Positions 41,632-50,257 of a stretch of DNA of 64,000 nt are shown here, in pieces. The position numbers and the translations under genes are program-made. Position 1 is the first letter of the stretch; each line of letters opens with the position of its first letter. The notes beneath the pieces were generated by a model that did no database searches, was not told the DNA's origin, and saw nothing but the letters and a program-made list of their open reading frames with translations. Source of the DNA: Clostridia bacterium (GTDB lineage: Bacteria > Bacillota > Clostridia > Christensenellales > DTU072); the NCBI GenBank assembly GCA_017504305.1, contig JAFVRJ010000001.1, positions 13,562 through 77,561 on the forward strand. Direction: 5' to 3'.

Positions 41632-44130
41632 TTATTGCGGTAACTCTACAGCACACTCCATTTGGAAGGAGTCTGCTTCGCCGTTAGCGGTGGTTACTGC
41701 GATAAGAGTGCTGGTGGATACAGGGATCTCGATGTAGTAAACGCCATTTGCAAGCGTACCTGAAGTAACTTGGTCGGCAAGCGTTGCTTCGTAATCTTCA
41801 TTGGTATCCGTATAGAAACTGATGACTGCGTTAGCATCGCTGATATATACGTAGTATGTTTCAATTTTACTACCTGTTTCAACACCTGCGTTTAAGCTAT
41901 AGTATACGGTTGCGCCTGCATTAACGTTGACGGTTACGCCTGCTTGGGGAGGTGCTTTTATGCCTGCTTCCCAAACGTAAGGAGCGTTTGCAGAGCCGTT
42001 ACGAACAAGTTTAAAGTTGTAGGAGCAATCATAGAATTCTTCGTAGTCGTTCTTACTAAAGCTTACGTACTCTTCCATTTTGGTGTAGCCTTGAGGAACG
42101 GCACCGTTATCAACGCCTACTACATAGTAACCGATGGGACGCTCGTTGAGAGTAAAGATTGCATAACCTTCGGCATTGGTTAAAGCGGTTTCGTGGATGG
42201 TGTAGGTACCACCGTTTGCAATATAAACGGTTACCTCTACGTTAGCAATGGGGGTGCCCTCTGCTGCTACCAATACCTTATGTTCCGCGGTGGTATCTTC
42301 ATAGGTAATGGAGAAGTTGACAATACCATCGCCAACAACTACTACTTCGATAAGATCCTCTGCAAAGAATACGCCGGAAGCCTTTTCTTCGCCGTTGATT
42401 TTGAAGGAAACGTCATCGGTGCTTGCAAGGGTAACTCTGCCGTTAGCGGGCATTGTAAAGGTATAGTAAACTTCACCGGTCTTGATGTTTGGTGAAACAC
42501 TGGTGGGATCACTATCGTTAACGCTTACTTCATAAGGATAAGCTTTAGTGCCCTCTTTAATTACTACTAAATCGATACCGTCAACGCCTAAATCGGCAAG
42601 AGCGGTAATCTTGAGGATGGCGGTTTCGCCTGCATCTTCTTCGAGCGAGATTTGGAACTCGTCGTTTACAACGTCGTACTCGTAGGTGTCGCCGTTGTAA
42701 AGGATGCTAATGAGGTTGGTCGCGGTCTTAACGTGGGTATCTACTGCATTGGGGATAGCAACGTAGACCACTTCGCCCTCGTTGAGTTTAACGTTAAACT
42801 CGCCGTACTCGGTAAGATACAAGGGAGCGTTTGCGCTGGAGCCTTGATCTAAAGCGTCGTTAATATTGATAATACCGGTGATGATGGTGTTCTTGGTGAA
42901 GTTGATAGCGGAGTAGCTGGATCCGTCTTGGAGACCGTTAAGGACTGCTATGTAGTTGCCGTAGGGAGCCAAGATGGTTGCAACACCTGCTTCAACGTCC
43001 GCAGAAGCAACTTCGTTCAAGCTATAATCGTATAGGGAAACGGAAAGTCCATTGTAACCGAGTTGGGGGTTGGTACGAGATACGTTTACAACGTAGCTAA
43101 CTTGAAGCATCTTCATGAATTGAACGCTTACGTTAGTGGTGGTAATTTGTTGAGTGCCTTGATCGTTCTTACCTAACCAAAAGTACTCGGGGTTGCCATC
43201 TTTGTGAGTTGCTACGAGGTAATAGCTATCTTTTACCATACTTAAAGTGAAGGTACCGCTTGCATCGGTGATTTCTTCTTCAACGAGGGTGCCTTGCTTA
43301 TTGTAGACGGATATTTTAATATCAGCCATAGGATCACCACCGAACATATTGGTTACAGAGAAGGTGTAGTTCTCTAAAAAGCCTGCAACGGTAAGGGTTT
43401 CTTCATAGTCGCCCTCATCAAAGTTGAAGTGGGTAACGCCAAGCTCGATGCCGGGAAGAACGGTGTATACGTTGGGGAGGGAGTTGATGGTAATGTAACC
43501 GGCTCCGTTAAGTTGTGTTTTAAAGGTGGTAACGCCGTTTTGGTCGGTAACTTGGGGAAGTAAGCAGTTTCCGCCGATACATACTTGAACTTCTGCGCCT
43601 TCAACGCCGTAGCCGTCGGTATCCTTGAGGATTACTTTGTAATTGTAGTAAACCACTTTAACGATATCGTCAATTACGAGGGAAGTAGAGTTTTTAGCAA
43701 ATTGATAGGGAGCATCGTCGTAATCGTAATCTTCTGGGGCGCTTAAAATAAGAACCTCTTGGAGCTTACCGGGAACGATGCGGAAGGTAGCTTTACCTTG
43801 AGCATCGGTGGTTTTGGTTTCGCCGTTTTTGGTGTCGACTCTGATTTGAACGGAAGCGCCGACTACGGGATTGCCGGAGGTGTCCTTGAGGGTAACGAGG
43901 TACTCGGTTTTGCCGTCGCCTGCGCCGGTATTGCCACCGTCGGTGTTACCGCCGTCAGTGTTACCGCCGTCGCCGGCAGGGGTCATATCGGTAGAACAGT
44001 TATCGCATTTAAGATCGCCGTTAGCGTCAACGTGCTCGGTGCATTTATTGGAGCAAGCAACGAGAGCACACGCCATAACGACTACTAATAAAAGAGAAAC
44101 TATTAAACTGCACTTTTTGAAAGATTTCAT
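41632..44130 (-). CDS. paralogous surface lipoprotein 1 (832 aa): EHVDANGDLKCDNC module, (GGNTD)n linker and multiple CarboxypepD_reg-like beta-sandwich repeats
   Basis: Start at 44130 (AGGAGG RBS). Lipobox ALVAC. N-terminal CTEHVDANGDLKCDNCSTDMTPAGDGGNTDGGNTDGGNT. Segments of the type YxVxLKDTxGxPVxGAxVQ recur. Confidence 0.7.
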   Translation of the reverse strand: MKSFKKCSLIVSLLLVVVMACALVACSNKCTEHVDANGDLKCDNCSTDMTPAGDGGNTDGGNTDGGNTGAGDGKTEYLVTLKDTSGNPVVGASVQIRVDTKNGETKTTDAQGKATFRIVPGKLQEVLILSAPEDYDYDDAPYQFAKNSTSLVIDDIVKVVYYNYKVILKDTDGYGVEGAEVQVCIGGNCLLPQVTDQNGVTTFKTQLNGAGYITINSLPNVYTVLPGIELGVTHFNFDEGDYEETLTVAGFLENYTFSVTNMFGGDPMADIKISVYNKQGTLVEEEITDASGTFTLSMVKDSYYLVATHKDGNPEYFWLGKNDQGTQQITTTNVSVQFMKMLQVSYVVNVSRTNPQLGYNGLSVSLYDYSLNEVASADVEAGVATILAPYGNYIAVLNGLQDGSSYSAINFTKNTIITGIININDALDQGSSANAPLYLTEYGEFNVKLNEGEVVYVAIPNAVDTHVKTATNLISILYNGDTYEYDVVNDEFQISLEEDAGETAILKITALADLGVDGIDLVVIKEGTKAYPYEVSVNDSDPTSVSPNIKTGEVYYTFTMPANGRVTLASTDDVSFKINGEEKASGVFFAEDLIEVVVVGDGIVNFSITYEDTTAEHKVLVAAEGTPIANVEVTVYIANGGTYTIHETALTNAEGYAIFTLNERPIGYYVVGVDNGAVPQGYTKMEEYVSFSKNDYEEFYDCSYNFKLVRNGSANAPYVWEAGIKAPPQAGVTVNVNAGATVYYSLNAGVETGSKIETYYVYISDANAVISFYTDTNEDYEATLADQVTSGTLANGVYYIEIPVSTSTLIAVTTANGEADSFQMECAVELPQ

Positions 44131-44287
44131 AATGGTGCCTCCTATATAATAGTAGTGAGTAATAATATTAAGATTATAATACAAAATTGATAATGTCAAG
44201 ATAAAATTAAGTAATCCACCCTACCATTATCTGAAAAATGCGCATTTTTTAGTACATTTTTGCAAAAACACAGCATGGTTTATGAGG

Positions 44288-44557
44288 ATATAGACCGCGA
44301 AGAAGCAAGCAAGAGGAATACAAATAAAAAGCCCCCAATGGGAGTGTACTTTGCGTAAATGACCAAGTGGGATTTGCTTGTTTGTGAAGTATATCGCTAA
44401 AATTATTAAACTGCTAAACCGCATAGTTTAGATGATAGACGAACAAAAATAAAAATCCCCCAATGGGAGCGTACTACATCGTACGTGACCTGCAGGGGGA
44501 TTTTATTTTGTGATGGATATCGCTAAAATATGCGGTTTAGCTAAAATATGCGGTTTA
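44288..44557. repeat. array C of the hairpin repeat family (one full unit, one 5'-deleted unit, duplicated terminal segment)
   Basis: TAGACCGCGAAGAAGCAAGCAAGAG begins at 44291. The second unit has a perfect stem AAAATCCCCC/GGGGGATTTT. The terminal CTAAAATATGCGGTTTA is duplicated (44524-44539 and 44541-44557). The final TTA is the complement of the TAA stop of the 466-aa gene. Confidence 0.85.
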
Positions 44558-45955
44558 ATTGAAGTAATAGCAGGCAAACAACCACGCATCCTCCTCCACA
44601 ATACCTAAAGCGTTAGTGCCGAAAATGTGGGTTTCGGATTCAAGATCCCACCAGCCGTAATAGTCGCCGTAGAGTTGGATGCCATCTTTTAAGCCTTGAG
44701 TGAGGGGGTAAAGACCGTCTTCACCAACTACTTCCAAAATATCTAAAAGGTATTGGTGATAGGATTGCTTGCGAACGAAGTTACCTTCTTCATCGTAAAC
44801 GTAACAGCCAAAGCGGGTATTGGCGGTGAGGTGCTCAAACGATACCCAGCCACCTTCAGGGATGTTGTCGGGGATGTCGTTTAACAATACGTAAAGGATG
44901 GGACCGTCTATAGAATTAAGGTGATAGTAGCCGTCGTTCTCGTTATACACTGCGGTTACGTTGGTGTGAATATCTACGTTGGTGAGGGTTCCACTCTCGT
45001 TTATAACAACTTCGGTGGGAGCGGTTTCGGGTACGTATTCAATCCACGGTTCAGTCGAAGGATCCCATGCAAGGTCACCCACTCTTTCAATCAAAAGGGT
45101 GCCCGTTCCGTTACCTATGATACCCTGAACAGAGAAAACTAATTTTGTGGTGGATGCTTCGATTTCTGCATCGGTAACGCCGGAACCAATGTATTGAGCT
45201 TTAACGGTATAGTTGAAAGACGCCCTATCAATGCGGTCTTCTTCTTCGCAAATATCCTCTTGAACGTAATCGGTTATTCCGCATGAATTAAGCTTTACGC
45301 CGGTGTTTGCAACGTAGCTTATTTTATATTCGCCGGACTCGGAGGGAATCCATACAAAGTAGGTTTTAGCTGTAGTTGTAAACGTCGAGCGGAAGCCACC
45401 GATGCCTCTTACAATATAGCCGTTCGGGCGCTCGTCACCAATACCTGCGAGCATTAGCGATACGGTTTCATCTTCCGATACCTCGCCGTAAAGGGTAACG
45501 GTGGACTCTACTACATCTGCAGTAAGAGTGCAAGCACTTTCGTCATAGTAATAGGTGTCGCCGGTAAAAGTTAAAGTATAGGTGTAGCTATCCTTTACCA
45601 ATCTGATTTGAGCTTTGCCTTCGTTATTGGTGGGCTTGCTTCCCGCCTTCACTTCGCCTTTATAGAAAGATACTATAACGTTAGGCATAACGTTGCCGAC
45701 TGCATCTTTGACGGTTACGGTGTAAGAGGTTTTGCCGTCGTCTACGTCGGTGTTTCCGCCATCGGTATTGCCACCGTCAGTGTTTCCGCCATCGCCTGTA
45801 GGGGTCATGTCGGCAGTGCAGTTGTCGCACTTAAGATCGCCGTTAGCGTCAACGTGCTCGGTGCAAGGCTCGTCGGCATTACAACCGATAAGTGCAAAAC
45901 TCAAGGTGCTAACTACCAATAGGATAACTAATATCTTGGTTAATTTTTTGCTCAT
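44555..45955 (-). CDS. paralogous surface lipoprotein 2 (466 aa)
   Basis: Lipobox ALIGC. N-terminal CTEHVDANGDLKCDNCTADMTPTGDGGNTDGGNTDGGNT. One beta-sandwich segment, then a C-terminal module (DGYYHLNSIDGPILYV...WLFACYYFN) shared with the 958-aa paralog. Confidence 0.7.
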   Translation of the reverse strand: MSKKLTKILVILLVVSTLSFALIGCNADEPCTEHVDANGDLKCDNCTADMTPTGDGGNTDGGNTDGGNTDVDDGKTSYTVTVKDAVGNVMPNVIVSFYKGEVKAGSKPTNNEGKAQIRLVKDSYTYTLTFTGDTYYYDESACTLTADVVESTVTLYGEVSEDETVSLMLAGIGDERPNGYIVRGIGGFRSTFTTTAKTYFVWIPSESGEYKISYVANTGVKLNSCGITDYVQEDICEEEDRIDRASFNYTVKAQYIGSGVTDAEIEASTTKLVFSVQGIIGNGTGTLLIERVGDLAWDPSTEPWIEYVPETAPTEVVINESGTLTNVDIHTNVTAVYNENDGYYHLNSIDGPILYVLLNDIPDNIPEGGWVSFEHLTANTRFGCYVYDEEGNFVRKQSYHQYLLDILEVVGEDGLYPLTQGLKDGIQLYGDYYGWWDLESETHIFGTNALGIVEEDAWLFACYYFN

Positions 45956-46039
45956 TTTTATATCTCCTTGGCAAACCGTAGCTCGCCATTTTGTTTGAGT
46001 TTAGGTTACTTTTATCGCGCTTTAGGTGCGCTAAATTGG

Positions 46040-47014
46040 TTATTGTTGTTGTAGCTCTATTATTTGCTCAACGCTTGTAAAGGTGCGTTGAACGTAGTTC
46101 TCGGCGGTAAAATAACTAAAGATTGCTTCCACTTCTTCTTGGCTGTCAAGTGTTCCAAATATACCGCAAACCACACCGTAACGGTCAACCAATACCGAGG
46201 TGGGATATCCTGTTCCGTTGAACACGTTAAAGTAAGAGGTATCTGCTTTTGCTACGTCGAAGGTCAAGCCCTTTTGCGCTTTAAAAGAGGTGATTTCCGA
46301 TAAAGTATCGCCACTCGAAGTATCGAGTGCGATAATGGATACTTTGTCGGAATAATTTGCGTACGCCGAATTGATATAGGGGAATTCCTTTACACAGAAG
46401 GTGCAGTTGATATACCAGAAGTTTATGAGTACGAAGTCCTTGCTCTCAAGTTCCTCGCTTAATTTGAAGCTACTGCCGTCCGTTGTGATAAAGCTAAAGT
46501 CGTGCATTACGTCACCGAGGCGGTAGCGGGTGGGTAGGGTTGTATCGCTTATAACTTTAGAGGTTAATACGACGTCCGCGCGTTTGTTGGTAAAGGTGTA
46601 ATAATCTTCAACAACGTATCCCTCGGGCGCGCCTTCTGCTATCTTGATGCAGTAACTGTCGCTTACTAAAATCTCGGCGGAATCTTCTCCGTTAGCATCT
46701 GTGGTAAACGGTCTTATTACCTTACTGAAGGTGTTGTCGGCATAAAGTTCTACGATGGCGCCTACTACGGGCTTGCCCCCTATCGTCTTGATACTTACGG
46801 TGTAGGTCGCTTTGGTGGGTGCGTCGTCTTTACTTGCAGTATCGTCGTTACCGTCGGTATCGCTATCGGGCGCAGTCAGCTCGATATCGCACTCGTCGCA
46901 CTTCAAATCGCCGTTAGCATCAACGTGGGTGTGTTCCTTTTCGCATGCACAAAGTGCTAAAGTCATCGCTAAAGCAAGTATTGCAATTATAATTGTTGTT
47001 AGAAGTCTTTTCAT
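46040..47014 (-). CDS. paralogous surface lipoprotein 3 (324 aa) with C-terminal thioredoxin-fold (TlpA-like) domain, atypical CTFC active site
   Basis: Lipobox LALCAC. HTHVDANGDLKCDECD. A beta-sandwich segment, then FVLINFWYINCTFCVKEFPY...GYPTSVLVDRYG, the redoxin fold pattern. Confidence 0.75.
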   Translation of the reverse strand: MKRLLTTIIIAILALAMTLALCACEKEHTHVDANGDLKCDECDIELTAPDSDTDGNDDTASKDDAPTKATYTVSIKTIGGKPVVGAIVELYADNTFSKVIRPFTTDANGEDSAEILVSDSYCIKIAEGAPEGYVVEDYYTFTNKRADVVLTSKVISDTTLPTRYRLGDVMHDFSFITTDGSSFKLSEELESKDFVLINFWYINCTFCVKEFPYINSAYANYSDKVSIIALDTSSGDTLSEITSFKAQKGLTFDVAKADTSYFNVFNGTGYPTSVLVDRYGVVCGIFGTLDSQEEVEAIFSYFTAENYVQRTFTSVEQIIELQQQ

Positions 47015-47065
47015 TTTGTCTCCGATTGAGAGGGCCTTGCGACCCTCTCATCAGTAGTATTTTTA

Positions 47066-49942
47066 TTAAGCTTCGGGTCCGATGGTCTCGTAGTAGTAGC
47101 AAAGCTTTGTCCAGCTGTTTACTACGTTTTTGAAGGTATATTTATCCATAAGCTTTTGGAGTATTGTTGCAAGCTCGGCGTTAACCTTAACGCAACCGCG
47201 AATATTTGCATCTTCGGTATAGTAAGGACTATCGGTAGAGCCACCTTCGCCTTCTCCAACGTAAATTTGAGCGTAGTAGCTTAACATGGTTGCGGTATAA
47301 TCGCCACCGCCGTTAACGGGGTTGCCGTCCTCGTCCACACCAAAGTTAAACGCACCACGACCGATTAAGGTGTGGAGGTTTTGAGAGAAGATGCCGGTTG
47401 GTAAGCTTAAATCAAGATAGAGCTCGTTGCCGGGAGCTACGGTTTCGGCGTACCAGCAATCGGTTGCTTGGTCGTAAACAGCCTTAACGCCACCTGCAAT
47501 AATGGTGTTGGTCATTTGCTCATTCTCATCAGTGGTGGTGGTAAATACGCCGGGAGATGCATAACGGAAGATCTTTGCGGTTTCGCCAAGATACTCGACC
47601 TTGAAGTAGAAGGTTCCTACTGCGTATACGTCATAGTACGCGATGTCAATATAATAGGTTTGACCGGCTTCCATATAATAGTACATTTCGACGTTCTTAT
47701 CGTCTACGTCAAGGAGTCTCTTGTAATGATCGTACTCGTATAATTGGATAGATTCGTTCTTATCATAGTCATATTGGAAAATCCAGCCGTCTACTTCTTG
47801 ATCGCTCTTGGATTCAATGCGATATGCGCCGGATACCGTGGGCGTAAATGCATACCAATAACCACGAGGCATTACAACTCGATCGTAGGTAACTTCGTTG
47901 GGGAACTCATCAAGACCTGCCGTTGCATTTGCAATGGTGGGATATGCCGAGAAGGGAGCAAGACCAACGATGGGATCTTGGAGTTCTTCTTCGGTGCCGT
48001 ATGCATCGTAGTAAGAACAGAATTGCAACCAAGTGTTTGCTTCATTATTCTTGTTAACGCGAGCAACTATTTCCAAGAGCTCTTTCAAGCGTTGGTTTAC
48101 TGTACAGAAGCCGTTAATCTTTGCGTTAGAAGAATAGTTGCAGTAGTAGTTGATAATTTCGGGACCATAGTTAACGCCACCTTCGATAACCTTATCGTTA
48201 TAAGCGTAAGTGTATACCGATTCGGTTGCGCTAAAGTTGGAGTAACCCATCATGTTAGCAAGGAGCAAAGGTCCGTTTGCGCTTCCTACGTGATAGTATC
48301 CGTCTTCATTGTTGAATACCGGAGTAATATAGTTTTGGAATCCCAAACCGTATTTATCGGGATGCGTAGCAGCCTCTCTCGGGATGTAGGTGGCAACGTC
48401 GATATCGTCCGCGTCAACAATGCGGAGGTCGTCGATAAATACGTTATCAAGGGTGTTTTTATCAGCGTATGCTTGGTCGCTGTCTTTTAAGAAAATCAAG
48501 GTTACTTTGTAGGTGCCGTCCTCGTTTGCAACGTAGGGATAGCAGGTTTCCCACTCGGTGGACTCACCGGAAATTTGAAGGATGTCGTCACCGTTTACAA
48601 GAACGTAAAGGATGTCGGAGCTTATCTCTGAAGAACAGAAATAATCCATACCGATTGCTTGTCCTGCAGTTAGCGGAATATCCATATGGATAATAGCGTA
48701 CGAGCTATCCATATCGTGGATGGGGGTGGTAAGAACGGTTCTGTCGCCATCGATGGCTACGATAAAGGGCCATGCATATTCTGCATCGTCGGTGCCCGTT
48801 TCGGGATAGAAAGTTACTTCGAAAGCGCTACCCTCTTTTACAAATGCATCTGCAATAACGGAAGACTCCGCTTGGGTGATGTTGGGCTTCGGTATGGGGG
48901 TAAGCTCGCCGATACCGCTCAAAAGTTTTTGCTCGTAATCGTCACCGATAAAGTGATCGAAGGCGGCTTTGAAGGGTTTGGTTGAGGTCATACCACCGAT
49001 TTCGATACAGCAGATAACGCCGTAACGGTCAACAAATATCGAGGTGGGATAGCCGTCGGTGGGGAAGGCGTTGAAGTATGCGGGATCGGCTTTTGCTACG
49101 TCAAAATTCAAACCGTGATTGTATTTGAACAATTGAACGTCTTCTTCGCTATCTTCACTAAAAGTATTTAGACCAATGATCGATACGTCGTCGCTATAAA
49201 GAGCGCCGTCAACTCCGTTTTGATATGCGCCGTATTGCTCTACCATGTAGGGGAACTCCGCTACGCAGTAAGTACAAGTGGTGTACCAGAAGTTGATCAA
49301 AACGAGATCGTGAGTCTTTAGCTCTTCGGAAAGAGTATAGGTTCCGCCGTCGGAAGTGGTTACGGTGAAGTCTTGCATAATATCACCGAGTTTATAGGGC
49401 AAAGGCAAACTATTGTTGGGGTTAGCTATGACGGAAGATGCCAAGGTAACGTTAGCCGTTCTGCCGGTGAATTGATAACCGTCTTCGTCAACTACGTAAC
49501 CATCCGGTACGCTTTGTAAAGTTACTTTGTATCCGGTACTGATAGGTAGCGAAATGGTTGCCTTACCTTCGGCGTTTGTCTTCCCATAGTCCATATATTC
49601 TTCACCTTTCCAAACGTAAGTAAGTACGTCTTTCAAGGGCATTCCGCCTATGGTTTTTACGTTTACGGTATAGGTGCCCGTCGTGGTGCCGTCACCGGTG
49701 CTACCACCATCGTTACCACCGTCGTTGCCACCATCGTTACCACCGTCGTTGCCACCGCCATTGTTACCGCCGTCGGTGTTACCACCGTCGGTAGAGGGGG
49801 TAACTTCTACTCCGCAGTTGTCGCACTTCAAATCGCCGTCTGCATCAACGTGCTCGGTGCATTTATCGTTACATGCAACAAGCATCGCTGTAAGGATTAC
49901 GGCGAAAACGAGGAGTACTGCTATCACCTTGTTTCTCTTCAT
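47066..49942 (-). CDS. paralogous surface lipoprotein 4 (958 aa): thioredoxin-fold domain (CTYC) plus large C-terminal region with duplicated module
   Basis: Start at 49942 (AAGGAG RBS). Lipobox MLVAC. CTEHVDADGDLKCDNC, a (GGND)n linker, LVLINFWYTTCTYCVAEFPY...GYPTSIFVDRYG. The C-terminal DGYYHVGSANGPLLL...W.(Q/K)(F/L)C(S/Y)YY pattern occurs twice. Confidence 0.75.
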   Translation of the reverse strand: MKRNKVIAVLLVFAVILTAMLVACNDKCTEHVDADGDLKCDNCGVEVTPSTDGGNTDGGNNGGGNDGGNDGGNDGGNDGGSTGDGTTTGTYTVNVKTIGGMPLKDVLTYVWKGEEYMDYGKTNAEGKATISLPISTGYKVTLQSVPDGYVVDEDGYQFTGRTANVTLASSVIANPNNSLPLPYKLGDIMQDFTVTTSDGGTYTLSEELKTHDLVLINFWYTTCTYCVAEFPYMVEQYGAYQNGVDGALYSDDVSIIGLNTFSEDSEEDVQLFKYNHGLNFDVAKADPAYFNAFPTDGYPTSIFVDRYGVICCIEIGGMTSTKPFKAAFDHFIGDDYEQKLLSGIGELTPIPKPNITQAESSVIADAFVKEGSAFEVTFYPETGTDDAEYAWPFIVAIDGDRTVLTTPIHDMDSSYAIIHMDIPLTAGQAIGMDYFCSSEISSDILYVLVNGDDILQISGESTEWETCYPYVANEDGTYKVTLIFLKDSDQAYADKNTLDNVFIDDLRIVDADDIDVATYIPREAATHPDKYGLGFQNYITPVFNNEDGYYHVGSANGPLLLANMMGYSNFSATESVYTYAYNDKVIEGGVNYGPEIINYYCNYSSNAKINGFCTVNQRLKELLEIVARVNKNNEANTWLQFCSYYDAYGTEEELQDPIVGLAPFSAYPTIANATAGLDEFPNEVTYDRVVMPRGYWYAFTPTVSGAYRIESKSDQEVDGWIFQYDYDKNESIQLYEYDHYKRLLDVDDKNVEMYYYMEAGQTYYIDIAYYDVYAVGTFYFKVEYLGETAKIFRYASPGVFTTTTDENEQMTNTIIAGGVKAVYDQATDCWYAETVAPGNELYLDLSLPTGIFSQNLHTLIGRGAFNFGVDEDGNPVNGGGDYTATMLSYYAQIYVGEGEGGSTDSPYYTEDANIRGCVKVNAELATILQKLMDKYTFKNVVNSWTKLCYYYETIGPEA
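49703..49792 (-). repeat. in-frame 12/15-nt tandem repeats encoding the (GGND/GGNTD)n linker
   Basis: (A/G)CCACC(A/G)TCGTT occurs four times at 49703-49750, followed by 15-nt variants. Analogous 15-nt triplets are at 43930-43974 and 45752-45796 in the paralogs. Confidence 0.8.
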
Positions 49943-50257
49943 ATTTCGTTCTCCTTTATGCGCATAAATTATATCGTTTTCGGGTACGTTATGCGCAGGG
50001 TAAATTTTCACGTGATTATCATATCACGCGCTAAAATAAAAAGCAATCTTAATAAATATTTTAATTAAAATTTTAATTTTTATTTATATTTTTAGATTAC
50101 TAAATTTTTACTGCACTATTTATATTATTTTTTTAAATATTAATAATATGGGCTTGCTCTTGCCACCTTTTTTGTGGTAACATTACCCTGCCACCTTTCG
50201 ACGTGGGAACCCGATAAAAAACTACCCGATCAACTCGGCAAAATTAAGGAATATCGT

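Noticed and set aside
47744-48490. Long antisense or alternative-frame ORFs inside large genes, such as 47744-48490, 59964-60896, 25719-26420, 7748-8371 and 52658-53221.
   Set aside because: They are shadow ORFs opposite or overlapping strongly supported genes. Their translations are low-complexity (V/G/C/F-rich) and they have no RBS.
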